This document shows, piece after piece, positions 44,001 through 58,773 of a stretch of 64,000 nt of DNA. Both the position numbers and the translations under genes were made by a program. A model generated the notes under the pieces. That model did not search any database. It was not told where the DNA came from and worked only from the letters and a program-made list of their open reading frames with translations. Positions within the stretch are counted from its first letter, which is position 1, and each line of letters begins with the position of its first letter. This DNA is from Pristiophorus japonicus (lineage: Eukaryota). The DNA lies in NCBI RefSeq assembly GCF_044704955.1, contig NC_091995.1, forward strand, positions 54,870,001 to 54,934,000, in the 5' to 3' direction.

Positions 44001-47000
44001 ACACGGTCCACACACACTGTCCACACACACTGTCCACACACACTCTCCCCTCACACTGTCCCCTCACACTGTCCACACACACACTGTCCACACACACTGT
44101 CCCCTCACACTGTCCCCTCACACTGTTCCCACACACTGTCCCCACACATTGTCCCCACACACTGTCCACACACACTGTCCCCACACACACTGTCCACACA
44201 CACACTATCCCCTCACACTGTCCACACACACACTGTCCCCACACACTGTCCACACACACTGTCCCCACGCACTGTCCCCACACACTGTCCACACACACAC
44301 TGTCCGCACACACACTATCCCCTCACACTGTCCACACACACACTGTCCCCACACACTGTCCACACACACTGTCCCCACACACACTGTCCCCACACACTGT
44401 CCACACACACTGTCCCCACACACACTGTCCCCACACACTGTCTCCACACACTGTCCACACACACTGCGCACACACACACTGTCCACACACACACTGTCCC
44501 CTCACACTGTCCACACACACTGTCCCCACACACTGTCCCCACACACTGTCCCCACACACTATCCACACACACTGTCCCCACACACACTGTCCACACACAC
44601 ACTGTCCACACACACTGTCCCCACACACTGTCCACACACACTGTCCCCACACACACACTGTCCCCACACACACTGTCCCAACACACACTGCGCACACACA
44701 CACTGTCCACACACACACTGTCCCCTCACACTGTCCACACACACTGTCCCCACACACTATCCACACACACTGTCCCCACACACACTGTCCACACACACAC
44801 TGTCCACACACACTGTCCCCACACACTGTGTGTGGAAATTTTTTTGTGGACACTATGTCCCCACGCACTGTCCACACGGACTGTCCCCACGCACTGTCCA
44901 CACGCACTGTCCCCACGCACTGTCCACACACACTGTCCCCACACACACTGTCCCCACACACTGTCCCCACACACACTGTCCCCACACACTGTCCCCACAC
45001 ACTGTCCCCACACACTGTCCACACACACACTGTCCCCACACACTGTCCACAGACACTGTCCCCACACACACTGTCCACACACACTATCCACACACACTGT
45101 CCACACACACTGTCCACACACACTGTCCACACACACACTGTCCCCTCACACTGTCCACACACACTGTCCCCACACACTGTCCCCACACACACTGTCCCCA
45201 CACACTGTCCACACACACACTGTCCCCTCACACTGTCCACACACACTGTCCCCACACACTGTCCCCACACACACTGTCCCCACACACTGTCCACACACAC
45301 ACTGTCCCCACACACTGTCCACACACACTGCGCACACACACACTGTCCACACACACACTGTCCCCACACACTGTCCACACACACACTGTCCCCACACACA
45401 CTGTCCACACACACTGTCCCCACACACTGTCCCCCCCACACACTGTCCCCACACACTCTCTTCTCACACTGTCCACACACACTGTCCCCACACACTGTCC
45501 CCTCACACTGTCCCCACACACTGTCCCCTCACACTGTCCCCTCACACTGTCCACACACACTGTCCACACACACACGGTCCACACACACACGGTCCACACA
45601 CACACTGTCCACACACACTGTCCACACACACACTGTCCCCACACACACTGTCTCCGCACAACTGTCCCCACACACTGACCACACACACTGACCCCACACA
45701 CACACTGTCAGCACACACACTGTCCCCACACACACTGCGCACACACACACTGTCCACACACACACTGTCCCCACACACACTGTCCACACACACTGTCCCC
45801 ACACACTGTCCACACACACACTGTCCCCACACACTGTCCCCACGCACTGTCCATACACACTGTCCACACACACTGTCCACACACACACAGTCCCCACACA
45901 CTGTCCCCACGCACTGTCCATACACACTGTCCACACACACTGTCCCCACAAACACTGTCCCCACGCAATGTCCATACACACTGTCCACACACACTGTCCC
46001 CACACACACTGTCCCCACACACTGTCCCCACACACTGTCCCCACACACACTGTCTCCGCACAACTGTCCCCACACACTGACCACACACACTGTCCACATA
46101 CACACTGTCCACACACACTGTCCCCACACACACTGTCCACACACACTGTCCACACACACTGTCCCCACACACACTGTCCCCACACACTGTCCCCACACAC
46201 TCTCTTCTCACACTGTCCACACACACTGTCCCCACACACTGTCCCCACACACACTGTCCCCACACACACTGTCCACACACACTGTCCCCACACACTGTCC
46301 ACACACACACAGTCCCCACACACTGTCCCCACGCACTGTCCATACACACTGTCCACACACACTGTCCCCACAAACACTGTCCCCACGCACTGTCCATACA
46401 CACTGTCCACACACACTGTCCCCACACACAATGTCCCCACACACTGTCCCCACACACTGTCCACACAAACTGTCCCCACACACTGTCCCCACACACACTG
46501 TCCACACACACTGTCCACACACACACTGTCCCCACACACACTGTCTCCGCACAACTGTCCCCACACACTGACCACACACACTGTCCACATACACACTGTC
46601 CACACACACTGTCCCCACACACACTGTCCACACACACTGTCCCCACACACACTGTCCCCACACACTGTCCCCACACACTGTCCCCACACACTGTCCACAC
46701 ACACTGTCCCCACACACACTGTCCCCACACACTGTCCCCACACACTGTCCCCACACACTGTCCACACACACTGTCCCCACACACTGTCCACACACACACT
46801 GTCCCCACACACTGTCCACACACACTGTCCCCACACACACTGTCCCCACACACACTGACCCCACACACTGTCCCCACACACTGTCTCCACACACTGTCCA
46901 CACACACTGTCCCCACACACTGTCCCCCCCACACACTGTCCCCACACACTCTCTTCTCACACTGTCCCCACACACTGTCCACACGCACTGTCCCCACACA

Positions 47001-50000
47001 CTGTCCACACACACACTGTCCATACACACTGTCCACATACACTGTCCCCACACACACTGTCCCCACACACACTGTCCCCACACAGTGTCCCCACACACTG
47101 TCCACACACACTGTCCCCACACACACTGCCCACACACACTGTCCCCACACACACTGTCCCCACACACACTGTCCCCACACACTGTCCCCACACACTGTCC
47201 CCACACACTGTCCACACACACTGTCCACACACACACTGTCCCCACACACTGTCCCCACACACTGTCCACACACACTGTCCACACACACACTCTCCACACA
47301 CACACTGTCCCCACACACTGTCCACACACACTGTCCACACACACACTCTCCACACACACACTGTCCCCACACACACTGTCCACACACACTATCCACACGC
47401 ACTGTCCCCACGCAGTGTCCCCACACACTGTCCACACACACTATCCACACGCACTGTCCCCACGCACTGTCCACACACACTGTCCACACACACTGTCCCC
47501 ACACACACTGCCCACACACACTGTCCCCACACACACTGTCCCCACACACACTGTCCCCACACACTGTCCCCACACACTGTCCACACACACTGTCCACACA
47601 CACTGTCCACACACACACTGTCCCCACACACTGTCCCCACACACACTGTCCACACACACTGTCCACACACACACTCTCCACACACACACTGTCCCCACAC
47701 ACACTGTCCACACACACTATCCACACGCACTGTCCCCACGCAGTGTCCCCACACACTGTCCACACACACTATCCACACCACACTGTCCACACACACTGTC
47801 CACACACACACTGTCCACACACACTGTCCCCACACACACTGTCCCCACACACACTGCGCACACACACACTGTCCACACACACTGTCCACACACACACTGT
47901 CCCCACACACACTGTCCACAGGCACTGTCCACACGCACTGTCCACACGCACTGTCCACACGCACTGTCCCCACACACTGTCCACACACACACTGTCCCCA
48001 CACACACTGTCCCCACACACTGTCCCCACACACTGTCCCCACACACTGTCCACACACACACTGTCCACACACTGTCCACACACACTGTCCACACACACAC
48101 TCTCCACACACACACTGTCCCCACACACACTCTCCACACACACACTCTCCACACACACACTCTCCACACACACACTCTCCACACACTCTCCACACACACT
48201 GTCCACACACACTGTCCCCACACACACTGTCCACACGCACTGTCCCCACACACTGTCCACACACACACTCTCCACACACACACTGTCCCCACACACACTG
48301 TCCACACACACTATCCACACGCACTGTCCCCACGCAGTGTCCCCACACACTGTCCACACACACTATCCACACGCACTGTCCCCACGCACTGTCCACACAC
48401 ACTGTCCACACACACTGTCCCCACACACACTGCCCACACACACTGTCCCCACACACACTGTCCCCACACACACTGTCCCCACACACTGTCCCCACACACT
48501 GTCCACACACACTGTCCACACACACTGTCCACACACACACTGTCCCCACACACTGTCCCCACACACACTGTCCACACACACTGTCCACACACACACTCTC
48601 CACACACACACTGTCCCCACACACACTGTCCACACACACTATCCACACGCACTGTCCCCACGCAGTGTCCCCACACACTGTCCACACACACTATCCACAC
48701 GCACACTGTCCACACACACTGTCCACACACACACTGTCCACACACACTGTCCCCACACACACTGTCCCCACACACACTGCGCACACACACACTGTCCACA
48801 CACACTGTCCACACACACACTGTCCCCACACACACTGTCCACAGGCACTGTCCACACGCACTGTCCACACGCACTGTCCACACGCACTGTCCCCACACAC
48901 TGTCCACACACACACTGTCCCCACACACACTGTCCCCACACACTGTCCCCACACACTGTCCACACACACACTGTCCCCACACACACTGCCCCGTCAAACT
49001 GTCCACACACACACTGTCCACACGCACTGTCCACACACACTGTCCCCACACACTGTCCACACACACACTGTCCCCACACACTGTCCACACATACTGTCCC
49101 CACACACTGTCCCCACACACTGTCCCCACACACTGTCCACACACACACTGTCCACACACTGTCCACACACACTGTCCACACACACACTCTCCACACACAC
49201 ACTGTCCCCACACACACTCTCCACACACACACTCTCCACACACACACTCTCCACACACACACTCTCCACACACACTGTCCACACACACTGTCCCCACACA
49301 CACTGTCCACACGCACTGCCCCACACACTGTCCACACACACACTGTCCATACACACTGTCCACATACACTGTCCCCACACACACTGTCCCCACACACACT
49401 GTCCCCACACAGTGTCCCCACACACTGTCCACACACACTGTCCCCACACACACTGCCCACACACACACTGCGCACACACACACTGTCCACACACACACTG
49501 TCCACAGGCACTGTCCCCACGCACTGTCCACACACACTGTCCCCACACACTGTCCACACACACTGACCACACGCACTGTCCACACACACTGTCCACACAC
49601 ACTGTCCACACACACTGTCCACACACACACTGTCCCCACACACACTGTCCACACACACTGTCCACACACACACTGTCCCCACACACACTGTCCCCACACA
49701 CACTGTCCACAGGCACTGTCCCCACGCACTGTCCCCACACACTGTCCACACACACTGACCACACGCACTGTCCACACACACACTGTCCACACACACTGTC
49801 CCCACACACACTGTCCCCACACACTGTCCCCACACACACTGTCCACACACACTGTCCCCACACACTGTCCACACACACTGTCCACACACACACTGTCCCC
49901 ACACACACTGTCCACAGTCACTGTCCACACGGACTGTCCCCACACACTGTCCACACGCACTGTCCCCACGCACTGTCCACACGCACTGTCCCCACACACA

Positions 50001-53000
50001 CTGTCTACACACACTGTCCCCACACACACTGTCCCCACACACTGTCCCCACACACTGTCCCGACACACACTGTCCCCACACACACTGTCCTCAGGCACTG
50101 TCCCCACGCACTGTCCACACACACACTCTCCACACACACACTCTCCACACACACACTCTCCACACACACACTCTCCACACACACACTCTCCACACACACA
50201 CTCTCCACACACACTCTCCACACACACACTCTCCACACACACACTCTCCACACACTGTCCACACAGACACTGTCCCCACACACACTCTCCACACACTGTC
50301 CACACAGACACTGTCCCCACACACACTGTCCACACACACTATCCACACGCACTGTCCCCACGCACTGTCCACACACTGTCCACACGCACTGTCCCTACAC
50401 ACTGTCCACACGCACTATCCACACACACTGTCCACACACACTGTCCCCACACACACTGTCCACACACACTGTCCCCACACACTGTCCACACGCACTGTCC
50501 CCACACACTGTCCCCACACACTGTCCACACACACTGTCCCCACACACTAACCACACACACTGACCACACGCACTGTCCCCACGCACTGTCCCCACGCACT
50601 GTCCATACACACTGTCCACACACACTGTCCCCACACACACTGTCCCCACACACTGTCCCCACACACACTGTCCCCACACACTGTCCCCACACACTGTCCA
50701 CACACACACTGTCCCCACACACTGTCCACACACACTGTCCCCACACACACTGTCCCCACACACACTGCGCACACACACACTGTCCACACACACACTGTCC
50801 CCACACACTGTCCACACACACTGTCCCCACACACACTGTCCCCACACACTGTCCCCACACACACTGTCCCCACACACTGTCCCCACGCACTGTCCACACG
50901 CACTGTCCACACGCACTGTCCACACACACTGTCCCCACACACACTGTCCACACACACTGTCCCCACACACTGTCCCCACACACACTGTCCACACACTCTG
51001 TCCCCACACACTGTCCCCACACACTCACAACACACATTGTCCCCACACACACTGTCCCCACACACTGTCCACACACACTGACCACACACACTGTCCACAC
51101 GCACTGTCCCCACGCACTGTCCCCACACACACTGTCCCCACACACACTGTCCCCACACACACTGTCCACACACACTATCCCCACACACTGTCCCCACACA
51201 CACTGTCCCCACACACTCTCCACACACTGTCCACACACATTGTCCACACACACTGTCCCCACACACTGTCCACACACACTGTCCACAGACACTGTCCCCA
51301 CACACACTGTCCACACACACTATCCACACGCACTGTCCCCACGCACTGTCCCCACACACTGTCCACACACACACTGTCCGCACACACACTATCCCCTCAC
51401 ACTGTCCCCACACACTGTCCCCACACACTGTCCACACACACTGTCCCCTCACACTGTCCACACACACTGTCCACACACACCCGGTCCACACACACTGTCC
51501 ACACACACTGTCCCCACACACTCTCCCCTCACAATGTCCCCTCACACTGTCCACACACACACTGTCCCCACACACACTGTCCACACACACTGTCCACACA
51601 CACACGGTCCACACACACTGTCCACACACACTGTCCACACACACTCTCCCCTCACACTGTCCCCTCACACTGTCCACACACACACTGTCCCCACACACAC
51701 TGTCCCCACACACTGTCCACACACACTGTCCCCACACACACTGTCCCCACACACACTGTCCCCTCACACTGTCCCCTCACACTGTCCACACACACTGTCC
51801 CCTCACACTGTCCCCTCACACTGTCCACACACACTGTCCCCACACACTGTCCACACACACTGTCCACACACACACTGTCCCCACACACTGTCCCCACACA
51901 CTGTCCACACACACTGTTCACACACACACTGTCCACACACACTGTCCCACACACTGTCCACACACACTGTCCCCTCACACTGTCCCCTCACACTGTCCAC
52001 ACACACTGTCCCCACACACTGTCCACACACACTGTCCACACACACACTGTCCCCACACACACTGTCCACACACACTATCCCCACACACTGTCCCCACACA
52101 CACTGTCCCCACACACTCTCCACACACACTGTCCCCACAGAATGTCCCCACACACTCACAACACACATTGTCCCCACACACTGTCCACACACACTGTCCC
52201 CACACACTGTCCACACACACTGTCCACAGACACTGTCCACACACACACTGTCCACATACACTGTCCCCACACACTGTCCACACGCACTGTCCCCACACAC
52301 TGTCCACACACACACTGTCCATACACACTGTCCACATACACTGTCCCCACACACACTGCCCACACACACTGTCCCCACACACACTGTCCCCACACACACT
52401 GTCCCCACACACTGTCCCCACACACTGTCCACACACACTGTCCACACACACACTGTCCCCACACACTGTCCCCACACACTGTCCACACACACTGTCCACA
52501 CACACACTCTCCACACACACACTGTCCCCACACACACTCTCCACACACACACTCTCCACACACACACTCTCCACACACACACTATCCACACGCACTGTCC
52601 CCACGCACTGTCCACACACTGTCCACACGCACTGTCCCCACACACTGTCCCCACACACTGTCCACACACACACTGTCCACACACACTGTCCGCACACACA
52701 CTGTCCCCACACACACTGCGCACACACACACTGTCCCCACACACTGTCCCCACACACTGTCCACACACACTGACCACACGCACTGTCCACACACACACTG
52801 TCCACACACACTGACCACACGCACTGTCCACACACACACTGTCCACACACACTGTCCACACACACTGTCCACACACACACTGTCCCCACACACACTGTCC
52901 CCACACACACTGTCCACAGGCACTGTCCACACGCACTGTCCACACGCACTGTCCACACGCACTGTCCCCACACACTGTCCACACACACACTGTCCCCACA

Positions 53001-56000
53001 CACACTGTCCCCACACACTGTCCCCACACACTGTCCACACACACACTGTCCCCACACACACTGCCCCGTCAAACTGTCCACACACACACTGTCCACACGC
53101 ACTGTCCACACACACTGTCCCCACACACTGTCCACACATACACTGTCCCCCACACACTGTCCACACATACTGTCCCCACACACTGTCCCCACACACTGTC
53201 CCCACACACTGTCCCCACACACTGTCCACACACACACTGTCCACACACTGTCCACACACACTGTCCACACACACACTCTCCACACACACACTGTCCCCAC
53301 ACACACTGTCCACACACACACTGTCCCCACACACACTGTCCACACACACACTCTCCACACACACACTCTCCACACACACACTCTCCACACACACACTCTC
53401 CACACACTGTCCACACAGACACTGTCCCCACACACACTGTCCCCACACACTGTCCACACACACTATCCACACGCACTGTCCCCACGCACTGTCCACACAC
53501 ACTGTCCACACACACTCTCCACACACACTCTCCACACACACACTGTCCACATACACTGTCCCCACATACTGTCCACACACACTGTCCCCACACACTGTCC
53601 ACACACACACTGTCCATACACACTGTCCACATACACTGTCCCCACACACACTGTCCCCACACACACTGTCCCCACACAGTGTCCCCACACACTGTCCACA
53701 CACACTGTCCCCACACACACTGCCCACACACACTGTCCCCACACACACTGTCCCCACACACACTGTCCCCACACACACTGTCCCCACACACTGTCCCCAC
53801 ACACTGTCCCCACACACTGTCCACACACACTGTCCACACACACACTGTCCCCACACACTGTCCACACACACTGTCCACACACACACTCTCCACACACACA
53901 CTGTCCCCACACACTGTCCACACACACTGTCCACACACACACTCTCCACACACACACTGTCCCCACGCACACTGTCCACACACACTATCCACACGCACTG
54001 TCCCCACGCAGTGTCCCCACACACTGTCCACACACACTATCCACACGCACTGTCCCCACGCACTGTCCACACACACTGTCCACACACACTGTCCCCACAC
54101 ACACTGCCCACACACACTGTCCCCACACACACTGTCCCCACACACACTGTCCCCACACACACTGTCCCCACACACTGTCCCCACACACTGTCCACACACA
54201 CTGTCCACACACACACTGTCCCCACACACTGTCCACACACACTGACCACACGCACTGTCCACACACACACTGTCCACACACACTGACCACACGCACTGTC
54301 CACACACACACTGTCCACACACACTGTCCACACACACTGTCCACACACACACTGTCCCCACACACACTGTCCCCACACACACTGTCCACAGGCACTGTCC
54401 ACACGCACTGTCCACACGCACTGTCCACACGCACTGTCCCCACACACTGTCCACACACACACTGTCCCCACACACACTGTCCCCACACACTGTCCCCACA
54501 CACTGTCCACACACACACTGTCCCCACACACACTGCCCCGTCAAACTGTCCACACACACACTGTCCACACGCACTGTCCACACACACTGTCCCCACACAC
54601 TGTCCACACACACACTGTCCCCCACACACTGTCCACACATACTGTCCCCACACACTGTCCCCACACACTGTCCCCACACACTGTCCCCACACACTGTCCA
54701 CACACACACTGTCCACACACTGTCCACACACACTGTCCACACACACACTCTCCACACACACACTGTCCCCACACACACTGTCCACACACACACTGTCCCC
54801 ACACACACTCTCCACACACACACTCTCCACACACACACTCTCCACACACACACTCTCCACACACTGTCCACACAGACACTGTCCCCACACACACTGTCCA
54901 CACACACACTGTCCCCACACACACTGCCCACACACACTGTCCCCACACACACTGTCCCCACACACACTGTCCCCACACACTGTCCCCACACACTGTCCAC
55001 ACACACTGTCCACACACACACTGTCCCCACACACTGTCCCCACACACACTGTCCACACACACTGTCCACACACACACTCTCCACACACACACTGTCCCCA
55101 CACACACTGTCCACACACACTATCCACACGCACTGTCCCCACGCAGTGTCCCCACACACTGTCCACACACACTATCCACACGCACACTGTCCACACACAC
55201 TGTCCACACACACACTGTCCACACACACTGTCCCCACACACACTGCGCACACACACACTGTCCACAGGCACTGTCCCCACGCACTGTCCACACACACTGT
55301 CCACACACACTGACCACACGCACTGTCCACACACACACTGTCCACACACACTGTCCACACACACACTGTCCCCACACACACTGTCCACAGGCACTGTCCA
55401 CACGCACTGTCCACACGCACTGTCCACACGCACTGTCCCCACACACTGTCCACACACACACTGTCCCCACACACACTGTCCCCACACACTGTCCCCACAC
55501 ACTGTCCACACACACACTGTCCCCACACACACTGCCCCGTCAAACTGTCCACACACACACTGTCCACACGCACTGTCCACACACACTGTCCCCACACACT
55601 GTCCACACACACACTGTCCCCACACACTGTCCACACATACTGTCCCCACACACTGTCCCCACACACTGTCCCCACACACTGTCCACACACACACTGTCCA
55701 CACACTGTCCACACACACTGTCCACACACACACTCTCCACACACACACTGTCCCCACACACACTGTCCACACACACACTCTCCACACACACACTCTCCAC
55801 ACACACACTCTCCACACACTCTCCACACACACTGTCCACACACACTGTCCCCACACACACTGTCCACACGCACTGTCCCCACACACTGTCCACACACACA
55901 CTGTCCATACACACTGTCCACATACACTGTCCCCACACACACTGTCCCCACACACACTGTCCCCACACAGTGTCCCCACACACTGTCCACACACACTGTC

Positions 56001-57002
56001 CCCACACACACTGCCCACACACACACTGCGCACACACACACTGTCCACACACACACTGTCCACAGGCACTGTCCCCACGCACTGTCCACACACACTGTCC
56101 CCACACACTGTCCACACACACTGACCACACGCACTGTCCACACACACACTGTCCACACACACTGTCCACACACACTGTCCACACACACACTGTCCCCACA
56201 CACACTGTCCACACACACTGTCCACACACACTGTCCACACACACACTGTCCCCACACACACTGTCCACAGGCACTGTCCCCACGCACTGTCCACACACAC
56301 TGTCCCCACACACTGTCCACACGCACTGTCCACACGGACTGTCCCCACACACTGTCCACACACACTGTCCCCACGCACTGTCCACACGCACTGTCCCCAC
56401 ACACACTGTCTACACACACTGTCCCCACACACACTGTCCCCACACACTGTCCCCACAAACTGTCCCGACACACACTGTCCCCACACACACTGTCCTCAGG
56501 CACTGTCCCCACGCACTGTCCACACACACACTCTCCACACACACACTCTCCACACACACACTCTCCACACACACACTCTCCACACACACACTCTCCACAC
56601 ACTGTCCACACAGACACTGTCCCCACACACACTCTCCACACACTGTCCACACAGACACTGTCCCCACACACACTGTCCACACACACTATCCACACGCACT
56701 GTCCCCACGCACTGTCCACACACTGTCCACACGCACTGTCCCTACACACTGTCCACACGCACTATCCACACACACTGTCCACACACACTGTCCCCACACA
56801 CACTGTCCACACACACTGTCCCCACACACTGTCCACACGCACTGTCCCCACACACTAACCACACCCACTGACCACACGCACTGTCCCCACGCACTGTCCC
56901 CACGCACTGTCCATACACACTGTCCACACACACTGTCCCCACACACACTGTCCCCACACACTGTCCCCACACACACTGTCCACACACACACTCTCCACAC
57001 AC

Positions 57003-58773
57003 GGAACAAAGAAATGGCAGACCAATTGAACAAGTACTTTGGTTCAGTATTCACTAAGGAGGACACAAACAACCTTCCGGATATAAAAGTGGTCAGAGGG
57101 TCTATTAAAGAGGAGGAACTGAGGGAAATCTTTATTAGTCGGGAAATTGTGTTGGGGAAATTGATGGGTTTGAAGGCCGATAAATCCCCAGGGCCTGATG
57201 GACTGCATCCCAGAGTACTTAAGGAGGTGGCCTTGGAAATAGCGGATGCATTGACAGTCATTTTCCAACATTCCATTGACTCTGGATCAGTTCCTATCGA
57301 GTGGAGGGTAGCCAATGTAACCCCACTTTTTAAAAAAGGAGGGAGAGAGAAAGCAGGGAATTATAGACCGGTCAGCCTGACCTCAGTAGTGGGTAAAATG
57401 ATGGAATCAATTATTAAGGATGTCATAGCAGCGCATTTGGAAAATGGTGACATGATAGGTCCAAGTCAGCATGGATTTGTAAAAGGGAGATCATGCTTGA
57501 CAAATCTTCTGGAATTTTTTGAGGATGTTTCCAATAAAGTGGACAAAGGAGTACCAGTTGATGTGGTATATTTGGACTTTCAGAAGGCTTTCGACAAGGT
57601 CCCACACAGGAGATTAATGTGCAAAGTTAAAGCACATGGGATTGGGGGTAGTGTGCTGACGTGGATTGAGAACTGGTTGTCAGACAGGAAGCAAAGAGTA
57701 GGAGTAAATGGGTACTTTTCGGAATGGCAGGCAGTGACTAGTGGGGTACCGCAGGGTTCTGTGCTGGGGCCCCAGCTGTTTACATTATACATTAATGATT
57801 TAGACGAAGGGATTAAATGTAGTATCTCCAAATTTGCGGATGACACTAAGTTGGGTGGCAGTGTGAGCTGCGAGGAGGATGCTATGAGGCTACAGAGTGA
57901 CTTGGATAGGTTAGGTGAGTGGGCAAATGCGTGGCAGATGAAGTATAATGTGGATAAATGTGAGGTTATCCACTTTGGTGGTAAAAACAGAGAGACAGAC
58001 TATTATCTGAATGGTGACAGATTAGGAAAAGGGAAGGTGCAACGAGACCTGGGTGTCATGGTACATCAGTCATTGAAGGTTGGCATGCAGGTACAGCAGG
58101 CGGTTAAGAAAGCAAATGGCATGTTGGCCTTCATAGCGAGGGGATTTGAGTACAGGGGCAGGGAGGTGTTGCTACAGTTGTACAGGGCCTTGGTGAGGCC
58201 ACACCTGGAGTATTGTGTACAGTTTTGGTCTCCTAACTTGAGGAAGGACATACTTGCTGTTGAGGGAGTGCAGCGAAGATTCACCAGACTGATTCCCGGG
58301 ATGGTGGGACTGACCTATCAAGAAAGACTGAATCAACTGGGCTTGTATTCACTGGAGTTCAGAAGAGTGAGAGGGGACCTCATAGAAACGTTTAAAATTC
58401 TGACGGGTTTGGACAGGTTGGATGCAGGAAGAATGTTCCCAATGTTGGGGAAGTCCAGAACCAGGGGTCACAGTCTAAGGATAAGGGGTAAGCCATTTAG
58501 GACCGAGATGAGGAGAGACTTCTTCACCCAGAGAGTGGTGAACCTGTGGAATTCTCTACCACAGGAAGTAGTTGAGGCCAATTCACTAAATATATTCAAA
58601 AGGGAGTTAGATGAAGTCCTTAGTACTCGGAGGATCAAGGGGTATGGCGTGAAAGCAGGAAGTGGGTACTGAAGTTTCATGTTCAGCCATGAACTCGTTG
58701 AATGGCGGTGCAGGCTAGAAGGGCTGAATGGCCTGCTCCTGCACCTATTTTCTATGTTTCTATGTTTCTATGT
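57003..58773 (+). mobile_element. Young 5'-truncated CR1-clade LINE (shark HER1-like 3' end) inserted in the satellite
   Basis: Abrupt switch from satellite to ORF2 sequence at ggaacaaagaaatggca. 3' UTR contains the inverted pair ggtgcagg (58707-58714) / cctgcacc (58738-58745) and ends in a (TTCTATGT)3 tail. Confidence 0.97.
57014..58672 (+). CDS. CR1 ORF2 remnant: complete reverse transcriptase domain and C-terminus, no APE endonuclease (552 aa from first in-frame ATG; expression not implied)
   Basis: Uninterrupted frame with KSPGPDG, NYRPVSLTS, QHGF..GRSC, YLDFQKAFDKV, GVPQGSVLGP, FADD (57833-57844), DLGV, RTRGH and FFTQRVVNLWNSLP. Confidence 0.9.
   Translation: MADQLNKYFGSVFTKEDTNNLPDIKVVRGSIKEEELREIFISREIVLGKLMGLKADKSPGPDGLHPRVLKEVALEIADALTVIFQHSIDSGSVPIEWRVANVTPLFKKGGREKAGNYRPVSLTSVVGKMMESIIKDVIAAHLENGDMIGPSQHGFVKGRSCLTNLLEFFEDVSNKVDKGVPVDVVYLDFQKAFDKVPHRRLMCKVKAHGIGGSVLTWIENWLSDRKQRVGVNGYFSEWQAVTSGVPQGSVLGPQLFTLYINDLDEGIKCSISKFADDTKLGGSVSCEEDAMRLQSDLDRLGEWANAWQMKYNVDKCEVIHFGGKNRETDYYLNGDRLGKGKVQRDLGVMVHQSLKVGMQVQQAVKKANGMLAFIARGFEYRGREVLLQLYRALVRPHLEYCVQFWSPNLRKDILAVEGVQRRFTRLIPGMVGLTYQERLNQLGLYSLEFRRVRGDLIETFKILTGLDRLDAGRMFPMLGKSRTRGHSLRIRGKPFRTEMRRDFFTQRVVNLWNSLPQEVVEANSLNIFKRELDEVLSTRRIKGYGVKAGSGY

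Larger units (their letters stand above)
4283..57002 (+). repeat. CA-rich satellite/minisatellite array, left part; monomers CTGTCCACACACA and CTGTCCCCACACA with (CA) length variants
   Basis: Continuous tandem monomers of mostly 11, 13, 15 or 17 bp, with recurring variant monomers and higher-order block duplications. Confidence 0.99.

Noticed and set aside
55970-57001. N-terminal 344 aa of the 900-aa ORF as a real domain fused to the RT
   Set aside because: It is translated satellite with a non-ATG start. In-frame continuity is expected because the satellite is stop-poor.
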